Virus record (IMG/VR): IMGVR_UViG_3300037067_018912
Location: 160,001-224,000 of that record
DNA from: a virus
Lineage: Duplodnaviria; Caudoviricetes
Length of the DNA: 64,000 bases
Direction: 5' to 3' (one strand)
Below are positions 38,674 to 48,941 of this stretch, piece after piece. The stretch's first letter is position 1. Every line of letters begins with the position of its first letter. Below the pieces are notes generated by a model. It saw nothing but the letters and a program-made list of their open reading frames with translations. It was not told where the DNA came from and searched no databases. The position numbers and the translations under genes were made by a program.

Positions 38674-39981
38674 ATGGGCATCAAGGACAATAAGAGAGGG
38701 GTTTTTACCACAATAGGCGCATACACCTCATATATCGACAATATGAGGCAGAAGACGCCGCAATCCATTGATGGATACACTTCCATCAATAATAAGAATG
38801 ATATTGTCCCTTTCATGCTCGATGTCCTTAAATCGATTGTGGGTTCTGTCGGATTAAAAGATGTTATAGGTGGATTGTTTACAGAATTCGTCGATGGCAT
38901 CGAACCGGATTTGAAAACAATCGTCAAAAAACAGGTTGTACAATACGATTCGGACGATCCATTACCCAACGAATTTAAGAGCACGGGAAGTGGTATATCC
39001 GTACCCGTGAGAAAGATCGATAGTGATGGGTTGTTAAAAACAAAACCCAATACAGAAGAAGCCGATTTACTTTTTGATAGTAATGCGAACAATCTAAACA
39101 ACGTTTTACGTAACGTTATCGCCAATCAGTCGACGCAACAATATAACGGCATCAATATATCATACAGCCAAACAACCGATGCTTTAACATTCAAAGCGAC
39201 GGAGATTACCTCCGGTAAGAACATTGGGCAGTTTTTCAGTGATTATGTGGATGGCACGACGATTATGAATAAAAAGGAATTCATGACCAACGTGATGAAT
39301 TCTATATATGGCACGGTCACCAAACAACGGAATAAATCTGTGGATGCTGTTTACAATGAACAGATGATTGACAAGACGATCGAAAATCTCATCGATAATG
39401 ACGACGATAGTTTCGAGATTTCCGACAAAGAGAAAGACTCTTTACTTGAAAAATCAAAAGAACTTGTCAACGGAGTTGTTAATTATGATATGGGTTGCGG
39501 GATCATGGCGGCTTCACTTCCAATGAGCGGAATGACGACAGCGATATCGCAAATGTCAGGTTCATCCGATCCATTCGTCGTAGGAAATGTTGTTGAGGCG
39601 ACAGTTGAAGGAAGCACCACCGGGGAGGTTGCAACAGAAAACAAACAAACCGTTAAAGACGGTTTTTTTCAAAGGCTGATCAAATTAATTACTATAATGC
39701 TCGCTAAAGTGACTTCAACATCGCCGGAAGTGAAGATGCTTCTTGCATTGTCAGCGACATTTCAACAACGTAGTGATTCAATTGCCGAGGGTTTGGATTA
39801 TTTGAAAAACAATAAGACCGTTATTAAATGCCTTGTCAAAGAGGCAATGAAAAAAATAAATGAATACATTTTCAACTTTGTGGTTTCAAAGATGATATCG
39901 TTCCTTGCCCCGATTGTGAAAAAATTAATAATGGAAAAAATAAATTATTACATCGGCTTGATAAGAAGCCTAATCTCGTAA
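38674..39981 (+). CDS. Putative structural protein
   Basis: 435 aa in the late operon leading to the spike gene. Confidence 0.55.
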   Translation: MGIKDNKRGVFTTIGAYTSYIDNMRQKTPQSIDGYTSINNKNDIVPFMLDVLKSIVGSVGLKDVIGGLFTEFVDGIEPDLKTIVKKQVVQYDSDDPLPNEFKSTGSGISVPVRKIDSDGLLKTKPNTEEADLLFDSNANNLNNVLRNVIANQSTQQYNGINISYSQTTDALTFKATEITSGKNIGQFFSDYVDGTTIMNKKEFMTNVMNSIYGTVTKQRNKSVDAVYNEQMIDKTIENLIDNDDDSFEISDKEKDSLLEKSKELVNGVVNYDMGCGIMAASLPMSGMTTAISQMSGSSDPFVVGNVVEATVEGSTTGEVATENKQTVKDGFFQRLIKLITIMLAKVTSTSPEVKMLLALSATFQQRSDSIAEGLDYLKNNKTVIKCLVKEAMKKINEYIFNFVVSKMISFLAPIVKKLIMEKINYYIGLIRSLIS

Positions 39982-39985
39982 AGTT

Positions 39986-40228
39986 ATGATAGTAGATCAA
40001 AAATTAAACAAGCGTTTCGTCGGTGTGTACCTTATTGATGGATGTCTGGATGGTACACAAATGGCAATGACAACAAAACCTTCATGGTTCAAAAGAATTA
40101 TGACAAGGTGGCTGATTGGATGGAAATGGATCAGTATTGAAAAATTAAAAGAAAAACAGGATGCACAGAAAAAACTGTTGCAGGAAAAGGCTGTTGATGT
40201 CAACAATCATCTAACAATTGTGAGTTAA
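39986..40228 (+). CDS. Hypothetical protein
   Basis: 80 aa; KPSWFKRIMTRWLIGWKW amphipathic segment. Confidence 0.6.
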   Translation: MIVDQKLNKRFVGVYLIDGCLDGTQMAMTTKPSWFKRIMTRWLIGWKWISIEKLKEKQDAQKKLLQEKAVDVNNHLTIVS

Positions 40229-40230
40229 TT

Positions 40231-40632
40231 ATGGATTACGGCAGCATCACATCAATAATAGGGGGTTTCGATAAAATATTGAAATTGACGACCGTCGGTA
40301 CTGCACAGCAGATTCCGACGCCGTTAATACTTGTCGGCGCACCGAGAAGACCGGGATTGTCGGCAACGAAAATTTCGTCACGCATAATCTCAAGGAAAGG
40401 TGAGGCGGGTCTTCCCGTTGGCGTTCTTCCTTCTGGTGCGGTGAATCCCGACGAGGTGATGTGGAGAATCGCCGTTGAAGAGATTATAAAAGCAATTCAC
40501 GAAGATTCTGTTGTAAACATAGCAATCCCGCCGGGAACAACGCTGTCTGCCTCCGGTATTGGACCATCAGGTCCGGTTACGGTATTCGGCAGCACAATTA
40601 TGTATTCAAGTGGTTATGGAGTGATACAATAA
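40231..40632 (+). CDS. Putative baseplate/spike-associated protein
   Basis: Gly/Pro-rich C-terminal beta hairpin; near the spike gene. Confidence 0.5.
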   Translation: MDYGSITSIIGGFDKILKLTTVGTAQQIPTPLILVGAPRRPGLSATKISSRIISRKGEAGLPVGVLPSGAVNPDEVMWRIAVEEIIKAIHEDSVVNIAIPPGTTLSASGIGPSGPVTVFGSTIMYSSGYGVIQ

Positions 40633-40853
40633 TGGAAAATTTAAGTGGATATACCCCAACACAGTTGTTGAAACTGATTAATGCGGTGAAAACGGCTCAT
40701 GATACCGTGAAGGAAGGAATTCTTGATTGTGTTAATAAAGTCGAAGAACTTGAAAAACAAATAAATGGTAAGATGGGTGAATTGGATATATATGAAAAAC
40801 AATACGTCGAATTGGTTGACGAATTAAATAAAAGAAAAGATGTCATACGATAA
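40632..40853 (+). CDS. Small coiled-coil protein
   Basis: 73 aa with overlapping start/stop. Confidence 0.6.
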   Translation: MENLSGYTPTQLLKLINAVKTAHDTVKEGILDCVNKVEELEKQINGKMGELDIYEKQYVELVDELNKRKDVIR

Positions 40854-41730
40854 ACCCACCATACAAACAAGTAACCCTTTCAAAAAGGTTGGCACGTACA
40901 CAGTCACCAGGACTATTTATTATGGTGAAGTTATATCCATCGACGATCCGGAAGATGGCGGCAGGATCAAAGTAAAAATACCCGACTTGGATAATAAAAC
41001 CGACAACAGCGAACTGCCTTGGTGTTATCCATTCCAACCAAAATTCTTTCATATTTATCCGCAAGTTGGTGAAATAGTCCGAATCCTTATTGAGGACGTT
41101 AAACGTCCATTCATGAGCAGGTTTTGGATGGGAAGCATCATATCCCAATTACACAAAATCGGATATGATTCAACATATACCGCCCTTTCGACAACAAATA
41201 TGGGATTGATAAAACCCGATAAAGCACCGTCGACAGTTCCGGACGCTGACGGCGTGTTCCCATTAAAAACAGATGTTGCTCTCATTGGTAGAGTGAACAC
41301 TGATGTGATTTTACGGTTGAATGAGATTCACATCCGTGCCGGGAAGCACGAGGACGGAAATCCATTGAAATTAAACACTAAGAACCCCGCCGAGATCAGC
41401 CTTGTTTTCGAAAAGGATAAGGATGATTCCAATGAATATCATAGCAATACTGTTATTATGAGCGACAGGATCGGCATCATATCCCATTCCGGAAACCCAC
41501 AATTCAAACCTGCAAGAGTAGAATTGTCTGATAGACAGAGAATTTTCGAAGAAGGTCACCCAATTGCAAGGGGTGATGTACTCGTCCAAGCATTGGAAAT
41601 CATGCGTAAAGCAATAATAGCACACATCCACGGATATTCCGCACTACCTGCCGACAAATCGGCGATAATCAACGATCTTGAAAAGATAAATTTCGAGGGA
41701 ATGTTACAGAGAAATATTGTAATCAATTAA
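40840..41730 (+). CDS. Baseplate central spike (gp5/gpV-like OB fold)
   Basis: GEVISIDDPEDGGRIKVKIP, LPWCYP, PQVGEIV; C-terminal HIH apex motif. Confidence 0.8.
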   Translation: MSYDKPTIQTSNPFKKVGTYTVTRTIYYGEVISIDDPEDGGRIKVKIPDLDNKTDNSELPWCYPFQPKFFHIYPQVGEIVRILIEDVKRPFMSRFWMGSIISQLHKIGYDSTYTALSTTNMGLIKPDKAPSTVPDADGVFPLKTDVALIGRVNTDVILRLNEIHIRAGKHEDGNPLKLNTKNPAEISLVFEKDKDDSNEYHSNTVIMSDRIGIISHSGNPQFKPARVELSDRQRIFEEGHPIARGDVLVQALEIMRKAIIAHIHGYSALPADKSAIINDLEKINFEGMLQRNIVIN

Positions 41731-41747
41731 TTTTTCCTCTATATTTG
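41717..41747 (+). promoter_or_regulatory. Bacteroidota sigma70-type promoter
   Basis: TTG(41717)-N20-TATATTTG(41740-41747). Confidence 0.65.
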
Positions 41748-41752
41748 TTTTG

Positions 41753-42550
41753 ATGAATCTACCGTTGACAATACCGGGGGAGTTGTTCACAACTTTCAAC
41801 GACATAATGTTTTATGATGAACCTCACAAATACTTTCTTGACGGAAAAGAATTGATATCAGTAACTACCTTGATCCACCAATACCAAGAAGAATTTAATG
41901 AGGATTATTGGTCGAATTACAAAGCAGGACAATATTCTGTTTCACAAGAAGACATATTAAGGGGTTGGAAGTTCATTAATCGTAAAGGAACTATAAAGGG
42001 TTCGGCAATACACGACTATGCCGAAAAATTATTTCAAAATAAGAAATACGAATACCCAAAAGAAATCATTTTCAAGGAATTCGGTTTTGACCCTGTTTGG
42101 GGCGAATATCAAATCACAAAAAAACACGTCGACAAATTCTACAATGACGTCCATAGTAAATTAATCCCCGTCCGCACAGAATTCGTGATCTACGACAAGG
42201 AATCGATGATTGCCGGGATGCTCGACATGTTGTTCTATAACATCAAAACGAAAGAGTTTCAGATTTGGGATTGGAAGACTAATAAGGATTTCACGTTTGA
42301 AATGAGTAGCAGGCATCTAATTAAAGACTTGTTCACGTTGGAGGATTGCGATCTTGAATTATACTCCCTTCAATTAGAGATGTACAAACGCATTATCGAG
42401 AAAAACACGGGGTTGAAACTCGGCAAATCTTATATCGTGTGGTTCTCACACAATAACGAGAATTATAAAGTCATTGAAGCCAAGGACAGGGAGTATTTTG
42501 TGAATAAGATTATTGAAAATCGAATTTTAGAATTAAACGCTGCAGCATAA
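41753..42550 (+). CDS. PD-(D/E)xK exonuclease (Cas4/RecB-like)
   Basis: HKYF, SVTT, GSAIH, TE, AGMLDML, WDWKTN, YSLQLEMY. Confidence 0.85.
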   Translation: MNLPLTIPGELFTTFNDIMFYDEPHKYFLDGKELISVTTLIHQYQEEFNEDYWSNYKAGQYSVSQEDILRGWKFINRKGTIKGSAIHDYAEKLFQNKKYEYPKEIIFKEFGFDPVWGEYQITKKHVDKFYNDVHSKLIPVRTEFVIYDKESMIAGMLDMLFYNIKTKEFQIWDWKTNKDFTFEMSSRHLIKDLFTLEDCDLELYSLQLEMYKRIIEKNTGLKLGKSYIVWFSHNNENYKVIEAKDREYFVNKIIENRILELNAAA

Positions 42551-42598
42551 AAAACCCCAGAATTTCTTCCAGGGTTTTCAAAAATCGAACGAACCTTT

Positions 42599-43090
42599 TT
42601 ACAGGTTGAGAATGCACCTCCACGGTTGGATTTCAAGCGTGATATTGGTTAACTCGTCGTTGCTGTAATCGTTGTCGCCGAAATCGATCGACGTGATCAT
42701 GCACTGCTCCAAGAACCACTTTTCAACCTCGATGCCCGTCGGGTCTAATGCTTTTAAGTATATGTTCTTTTTGTAACCCGCTGCATAACCCATCCTTCCT
42801 GTGAGTGATTCTGCATGCAGACGCACCCATTCCATGAGTTGCTGCGAGGTTGAAGGACCGATCGGGTCGATGAACGTTACCGATAATGCATCCCATGTGT
42901 AACGGCCAGCAACATAGTTCTGTTCGTTCATATACGGAATTGCAACGGAGTTGATTTTCATCGAAGGTCTTTTGAATTTCAAGACTTTCCAGACCTCAAC
43001 GCCAATATCGGTTGGAAACTCTGCAAAATATCGGTTGATCCTCTTCGGTTCGTATTCAAAAGGGACGCCCCTTATCATTTCGTTTGCCAT
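42599..43090 (-). CDS. Tail tube protein (T4 gp19-like)
   Basis: YEPKRINRY, YVAGRYTWD, LMEWV, LDPTG.EVEKW, FGDNDY; downstream of sheath. Confidence 0.85.
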   Translation of the reverse strand: MANEMIRGVPFEYEPKRINRYFAEFPTDIGVEVWKVLKFKRPSMKINSVAIPYMNEQNYVAGRYTWDALSVTFIDPIGPSTSQQLMEWVRLHAESLTGRMGYAAGYKKNIYLKALDPTGIEVEKWFLEQCMITSIDFGDNDYSNDELTNITLEIQPWRCILNL

Positions 43091-43157
43091 TGTTCTGTTT
43101 TATTAAGTGGTAAGTATTATTTTTGTTTATTATAAATACTCTCTTCGGGAAAACGTA

Positions 43158-43625
43158 TTAAAGATTTGGCAAAACGCCAGTCCTTTGATACTGTCTGTAC
43201 TCGGATTGAGTTAATTCTTTCACGCTTTTCTTCCTCGGTGCAACAACTACTTTCGGTAGTTCTACAGGTTTAGGAATTTCAACAGGCTCTTCAACCTTTT
43301 CTTCGGCCTTTTCTTCTGCAATTTCAGCAACAACTTCCACCTCGGCAATTTTCAATTCCTCCTTCGCTTCATCAGAAAGAGGTTCGTTGTCATTTTCAAC
43401 AACAGGTTCTTCCGTTGCAGGAATTGGTAATGATTCTTCAATAATAGGTTCTTCGGTTGTCGCTTCCTCAATAACAAGTTCTTCAGTTTCCTCGACAATA
43501 GGGGTTTCTTCCTCTGTCGGTTCTACATCGGGAACTTCCGTTGGTATTTCAACGAGTTCATCGTTCTTTTCCACAAGTTCTTCGGCTTTCTTCGGAACTC
43601 TTTTGTTTTTATTCTTATTACTCAT
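43158..43625 (-). CDS. Glu-rich low-complexity late protein
   Basis: Start moved to MSNKNKN after late motif at 43656-43664. Confidence 0.6.
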   Translation of the reverse strand: MSNKNKNKRVPKKAEELVEKNDELVEIPTEVPDVEPTEEETPIVEETEELVIEEATTEEPIIEESLPIPATEEPVVENDNEPLSDEAKEELKIAEVEVVAEIAEEKAEEKVEEPVEIPKPVELPKVVVAPRKKSVKELTQSEYRQYQRTGVLPNL

Positions 43626-43674
43626 TTTATTCAATATTAAATGATTGTTATTTCCGATAAATACTTTCGAAACC

Positions 43675-43702
43675 GAAAGACCCACGAGAATGTGGGTCTT
43701 TC
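43675..43702. terminator. Hairpin terminator after sheath gene
   Basis: GAAAGACCCAC-gagaat-GTGGGTCTTTC. Confidence 0.7.
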
Positions 43703-43718
43703 AATCCCGGAAGCGGTT

Positions 43719-46424
43719 TTATGCGCCATAATCTGCAAACGAAGCACCCGACGGGGTGATCGTAAATGTTATACCAATGAATTCGACCGCCCTTGTGGGT
43801 TTCAGGAAGATTTCACCATACAATTCATTCCTGTCACGTGTTTCAGGCGTGTTGTTGCTGTCGTCCATCTTGATTTGGAATTCATACAAGCCTCTTTCCC
43901 TTTTGATGTTGTCGAGGATCGGAGTCGCCTGCTGCAGGAATTGGTCGATCGTGGCTTGGTCGTTTTGTTCAAACACGAGCCTGATCGCAATATTGGAGAT
44001 CAAAACCTTGATCCTCAATAACAATCTGCGAACGTTAATCCTGTCGAGGGCACTCTCTTTTACTTGGAGGGTCTTTTGCCCAAAGATGGCTGTGCCTGCT
44101 TCGGCAAAGTCAGCCAACGGGTTGATCCTGCCAGCGTAAAGGGTGTCTCTTGCTTCAAGTGACAGTTTGTATTTCGATTTCCTTGCGTCCGTCACACCAC
44201 GGGTCAAACCTGCAGGTGCGAACCACGGGAACTTCGTATTGTCTGTGAATGCCATAGCCTTCACAACCTCACCTGTTGGTGGGATGTATACATTAACGTT
44301 GTTCTGCGTGTCCCTCATCTGAATCCAAGGGAAGTACGTGCAAGCATAATTGCTGTCGACTTCTGCACTGTCAAGCAGATCAGTGATTTCTTCCGCTGCA
44401 AGAACATCTGATTTCGATTCTCCGACCACGACCGGAACGGTGCTGTCGGGTGAGTCGATGATGTAAAGGCTGTCGGTTCTTTCGTCCTCAAGCATTTCAA
44501 TTGTTTCCTTAACCAATTGGTTGTTGTCACTCCAGTTCACACCAGGTGTTGCAAACAAGTTGATTGTGACTTCCTCTGCATTGGCAAAGGTGTTGATCGC
44601 CGTCTGCCATGCTTGGTAGTCGTTAACCGGACTTCCATTAGGCACGACGCCGTCATATATTTTGTTCAAAGCGTAGAGGTCGCCGTATGAACGTGATGTC
44701 CTGTTAACATCCCATCCATCGAACCCACCTGCCGGAACAAGAGTGAATTTCCTTGATATCATCTCGTAGTACGGATTGTCCGCATCAACAATATCGTCGA
44801 TCGTCCTGAACTTGCCCGCACCAACTTGGAAGGAGTATCCATCGTATGTTCCCGTTGCACCGGAATCCATATGGAATCCTTCGCTTTTCACTTGTGCTCC
44901 GGTACTGATTTGGCCGTTGAAATTGAACATGTTTTGGTTGATACCTGTTCCAATCAATCCGGTTGCATCATAACCATTTTCGGAAATACCGAGATACACT
45001 TTTTTGTACCTTTCGTCGTCGTTGTAAGCCGTCTTATAGAAAATCTTCGGAGCAATACCGCTGAATCCACTGTATTGTGGGAAGAGGTATCCTTCGAAAC
45101 CTGCCGGGAATACTTCTGGTGCAAGTTCGGTGGCCATTTCGACCATAATATACTTGCTTTGAAGGTCGTATTCACCGTCGGATGTACCGATGCGTTGTGC
45201 AATATAACCGTTCGTTCCAAGCGATAAGTTACATCTTGAGAAGGTCTCAAGAACCACCGGGTTGTCGTCAGTATCATTGAAACTACGAACAATAACATTG
45301 AATTCCAACGAAATTGGGTCAATATTGGTTATGCTGATCTTAACTTCTTGGTTTGCAGCATTACCGTCAGAAATGCTGATGAATTTGAACAGTTTGTCCA
45401 CCTTACTACCCTTCAGTTGAGATACAACCCAAGGAGTTTCAGGCGTTTTGAACTGTGTCCGGTAGTTGGTAAATGCATCACTTGTGCAATTGAGTATCGT
45501 AGTGTTGACACCGTAACCGATGCCTTCTGCATCAAGTTTCTTAATAAGATCAGGGAACACTGCCTCAATCCAAATTTTGGTGTTTTTGTCTTTCGGTTCT
45601 GAACCAACGACGCTTGAAATGAAACTCGCAGCATTCGGGTTCAACGAAACTGTGTACAATTCGGTGCTTCCGGTGCTGTACGCCCTCAACACGAATTCAC
45701 CAAACAGGTCACCTGTTTCAAGGATCGTTGTGTTGCCGCTCATAGTGAGTGCGGTTGTATCGAATAAAGTGGTCGAAGGAAGGTTAACGTTGTCTTGGAC
45801 TCTCGCCCTGCTTCTTACAACTGCAAGTACCATACCTTCATATTGTGTGTAGGATGTTCCTGTATACACCGTATCAACTACGCTGACAGTACCACTTGTG
45901 CCTGTCATCGTCATTGCTGTGAACGAATATGAAACACCTTCGAAATCGCTTCCGCTTTTTGTGTATCCGCTGAAATACAATCCCGTGTCTCCGACAAAAC
46001 TCAACGACACACCTAAAAATGCGCCGTCGGTGAAACTTGCCACATAAGGTGCGCCGACAGTCGACACTCCTGTTGTAGCCGGATCAACGCCAGCACTCAA
46101 AGTAAGTGCCCAAGCCGTGCCCGCATCATATCCTGACAGACCCAATACTCTTGTTACATATAACTGATTGGACTCGTCAAGGTAGGCATTGGCGACGTAT
46201 GGTAATTGATATTGCAGATTCCCATTCGAGAACCTTTTGATGCTTTGCGCACCGAATCTTTCCAAGAATTGGGTTTTATCCTCGACGAAGACGGGTTCGA
46301 ACGCCGGACCTTTCAACGTTTCGCCGACAAGACCCAAAGTTGTAATGCCCACGTTACGTGTAACGAACGATAAGTCACGTTCACGAAATTTCACACCGGG
46401 ACTGGTGAATACAAATTCTGCCAT
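43719..46424 (-). CDS. Tail sheath protein (T4 gp18-like)
   Basis: SPGVKFRERDLS, GETLKGPAFEP, PWFAPAGLTRG, GQKTLQ, LDRINVRRLL, FEQND, IFLKPTRAVEFI. Confidence 0.95.
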   Translation of the reverse strand: MAEFVFTSPGVKFRERDLSFVTRNVGITTLGLVGETLKGPAFEPVFVEDKTQFLERFGAQSIKRFSNGNLQYQLPYVANAYLDESNQLYVTRVLGLSGYDAGTAWALTLSAGVDPATTGVSTVGAPYVASFTDGAFLGVSLSFVGDTGLYFSGYTKSGSDFEGVSYSFTAMTMTGTSGTVSVVDTVYTGTSYTQYEGMVLAVVRSRARVQDNVNLPSTTLFDTTALTMSGNTTILETGDLFGEFVLRAYSTGSTELYTVSLNPNAASFISSVVGSEPKDKNTKIWIEAVFPDLIKKLDAEGIGYGVNTTILNCTSDAFTNYRTQFKTPETPWVVSQLKGSKVDKLFKFISISDGNAANQEVKISITNIDPISLEFNVIVRSFNDTDDNPVVLETFSRCNLSLGTNGYIAQRIGTSDGEYDLQSKYIMVEMATELAPEVFPAGFEGYLFPQYSGFSGIAPKIFYKTAYNDDERYKKVYLGISENGYDATGLIGTGINQNMFNFNGQISTGAQVKSEGFHMDSGATGTYDGYSFQVGAGKFRTIDDIVDADNPYYEMISRKFTLVPAGGFDGWDVNRTSRSYGDLYALNKIYDGVVPNGSPVNDYQAWQTAINTFANAEEVTINLFATPGVNWSDNNQLVKETIEMLEDERTDSLYIIDSPDSTVPVVVGESKSDVLAAEEITDLLDSAEVDSNYACTYFPWIQMRDTQNNVNVYIPPTGEVVKAMAFTDNTKFPWFAPAGLTRGVTDARKSKYKLSLEARDTLYAGRINPLADFAEAGTAIFGQKTLQVKESALDRINVRRLLLRIKVLISNIAIRLVFEQNDQATIDQFLQQATPILDNIKRERGLYEFQIKMDDSNNTPETRDRNELYGEIFLKPTRAVEFIGITFTITPSGASFADYGA

Positions 46425-46728
46425 TTTATTAGTTATTTAAGTTCTTATTATTTTTTCCTTTATGATGAAGCACTGCTCTATCGTTTTCAATAAATACTGA
46501 AAAAATCTCGAAAAGGCGTTTCGCCGTAATTATTATCGCCCTGTAATTCTTGGTCATAAAACCGGATTTATACCTTTTCGTTATTTTTCAATCCCGATTT
46601 TTTTAAATTCTCCGATTTTTCAAAAAATCTTGTTTGAATTTCCCGAAAAAAATTTTTAAAAATTTTTGAAAATTCTTTACATTTGATGAGGATTCTTGGT
46701 TATCAGTATTTATAAAAAAGATTTTTTC

Positions 46729-48888
46729 ATGAATAAATCACAAAGAATTCACTTGAACGTCGACAACGTCGACATCGACAAATATGTAAAAGTCAGGCTT
46801 GAACAAGATGTCGACACTTTGGAGTTCCTTTCAATGAGCATTGACACCAAGGACATTTATAGGGATTTCAACGCCGATTATGGTGTTTTGGTGGGAAGAG
46901 TTAACGCCAATAACGGTATTGGTGTACCGAATGCAAGAATAAGCATATTCATCCCTGTGATGGATGAGGATACCCTCGACGGAAGTGTCATGAGCATTTA
47001 CCCATACAAAACACCGAGGGACAAAAATGCTGACGGCAAGCGGTACAACCTCCTGCCAAGGGTTGGGAAGAGAAACCCGGAGACTCAAGTAGTTTCACCA
47101 AAACAACCGTTTGGAAGTTTTCCAATTAAGGAAGAATTTGTGGTAAATGAACCGTTTTTAGATGTTTATAAAAAATATTACAAATACACCGCATTAACCA
47201 ATGATAGTGGCGATTATATGATATTCGGAGTCCCGGTAGGCGTACAAACGGTTCATATGAGCGTAGACATTACCGACATCGGGGAATATAGTATGACGCC
47301 CGCTGCTATGGTGACCAACCTCGGATATTCTGAGAACCTTTTCACCGAGAACAACACTAAGATCAAGGAAAGTACTGATTTGAACGACTTACCGCACATT
47401 GAACTACAGGATATTGCAGTTGATATTGCACCGTTTTGGGGGGACACTGAGAATTTCGAGATCGGTATAACTCGTCAGGATTTCAGGGTTAGATCAACGC
47501 TTGTTAATACGTTTGTCGTATTTGGAAGCGTTTTCACCGATGCAGACAATTCAATGTGGGGTCAAGATGTCGATGGGGATACAAGAAGAATCAACGAATT
47601 ATCAAGATTGTACGGTGATCAATGGAAAAATATTAGTATATATTCGAAAAGGCCGGGCAGGGTCACCGAAAAGATTTATACTTATAAATCAACTGTTAAG
47701 GATTCGGACATCAATAATGCTGATCCGGAAAATGATATGATAGTACTTGATAAAAGCGAATATTCTGTCTATAAAAGAGATGGGGATTTTGTTTTTATTA
47801 TAAATTGCAACCGTGGTAAGGTTATAACAAGTGAAACCGGAGAAGTCACACCCGTTGAAAACTCTTATCAGGGTGGTGTATACACGACGTTTAAAGGTTT
47901 CATCACGTTAGAAATTATACCTGACGACTTACCGATGAATTTTCATACGAACATTGGAAACAATACTGAAGTTACTCCATATAGGGTTAAATTAAAGTTT
48001 CCACAATACGCTAACAGGAACAGGGGTTTTGCAATGCCGGGTGATGGTACTGCCGATGAGGATACTGATGCATGGAGAAAACAACATTTCACTTTTGAAA
48101 GTGGAAAATTTTATAGTTTCGCCAGGTTTCACGGGACGACTTATTTAAGGAAGGACGCAAGTAGCAATCACCATACATTCTCCGACGGCGACCTATCACA
48201 AAACAACGGTTTTTGGAATGAGACGAGGATAAACCACCCATACCACAAAGATTCGTGGTGGAATGCTGGAGTTATAGTCACAGGTACTGTTCATGAAGAA
48301 ACTTCTGAAAACGCTAACTACCAATTCCCATCAAACAGTCAGGAAAACACAGGTGAAGCCTGCTTCGGGGCGCAATGGTTGAATCTGAGCGTCTTCCTTC
48401 CTCAATTGGGTTACATGAGCAACGGGTATGCGTATATAAGTTACGTCAAGACTTCGGACTACTTCTCGAAACAGAATAAAAGAAGCAGCGAAGGTGGTTA
48501 CAACGGTTATTTTGTTGGAGGCAATAATACCCAACCAATCGCCGGAGGGGATTTCAACACGAAGTCGTTTTTGCGCTCAGACCTCCATTGGACGGACATC
48601 ATCGAAGTGCCTGTGGAAGATATTGATAAAATGAAGAATAAAATCACCACGAAAGGGTTTAAGGATGATGTACTATCTTCTGAGGATTTATTAATAGGCA
48701 AATACCGAAATGGTTTATATAAACCAACAAATTGGACTACGGTGACAACACCGTGCCCTTTGAATGGTGGAAAATTAAATGGTTGGCCTGATAATAGTAA
48801 TCCTGCAGACCAACGCACATATTTTTACAAAGGACAAGGTGATGCGAATTGTATTGACTATCTCTATGAATTAGGAATACTTGTATAA
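46729..48888 (+). CDS. Putative virion structural protein (N-terminal prealbumin/carboxypeptidase-regulatory-like fold)
   Basis: GRVNANNGIGVPNARISIF, TNDSGDYMIFGVPVG; late motif at 46706-46714; start moved to MNKSQR. Confidence 0.6.
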   Translation: MNKSQRIHLNVDNVDIDKYVKVRLEQDVDTLEFLSMSIDTKDIYRDFNADYGVLVGRVNANNGIGVPNARISIFIPVMDEDTLDGSVMSIYPYKTPRDKNADGKRYNLLPRVGKRNPETQVVSPKQPFGSFPIKEEFVVNEPFLDVYKKYYKYTALTNDSGDYMIFGVPVGVQTVHMSVDITDIGEYSMTPAAMVTNLGYSENLFTENNTKIKESTDLNDLPHIELQDIAVDIAPFWGDTENFEIGITRQDFRVRSTLVNTFVVFGSVFTDADNSMWGQDVDGDTRRINELSRLYGDQWKNISIYSKRPGRVTEKIYTYKSTVKDSDINNADPENDMIVLDKSEYSVYKRDGDFVFIINCNRGKVITSETGEVTPVENSYQGGVYTTFKGFITLEIIPDDLPMNFHTNIGNNTEVTPYRVKLKFPQYANRNRGFAMPGDGTADEDTDAWRKQHFTFESGKFYSFARFHGTTYLRKDASSNHHTFSDGDLSQNNGFWNETRINHPYHKDSWWNAGVIVTGTVHEETSENANYQFPSNSQENTGEACFGAQWLNLSVFLPQLGYMSNGYAYISYVKTSDYFSKQNKRSSEGGYNGYFVGGNNTQPIAGGDFNTKSFLRSDLHWTDIIEVPVEDIDKMKNKITTKGFKDDVLSSEDLLIGKYRNGLYKPTNWTTVTTPCPLNGGKLNGWPDNSNPADQRTYFYKGQGDANCIDYLYELGILV

Positions 48889-48891
48889 AAC

Positions 48892-48921
48892 AAAAAACCC
48901 CGTCGATTCCGGCGGGGTCTT
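48892..48921. terminator. Terminator between convergent genes
   Basis: AAAAAACCCCGTCG-attc-CGGCGGGGTCTT. Confidence 0.7.
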
Positions 48922-48941
48922 ATGTATATCAGGTGCAAGTC

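Noticed and set aside
41753-42550. Cas4-like nuclease as part of a CRISPR system
   Set aside because: No repeat-spacer array or other cas genes seen, and no Fe-S Cys cluster; a typical stand-alone phage exonuclease
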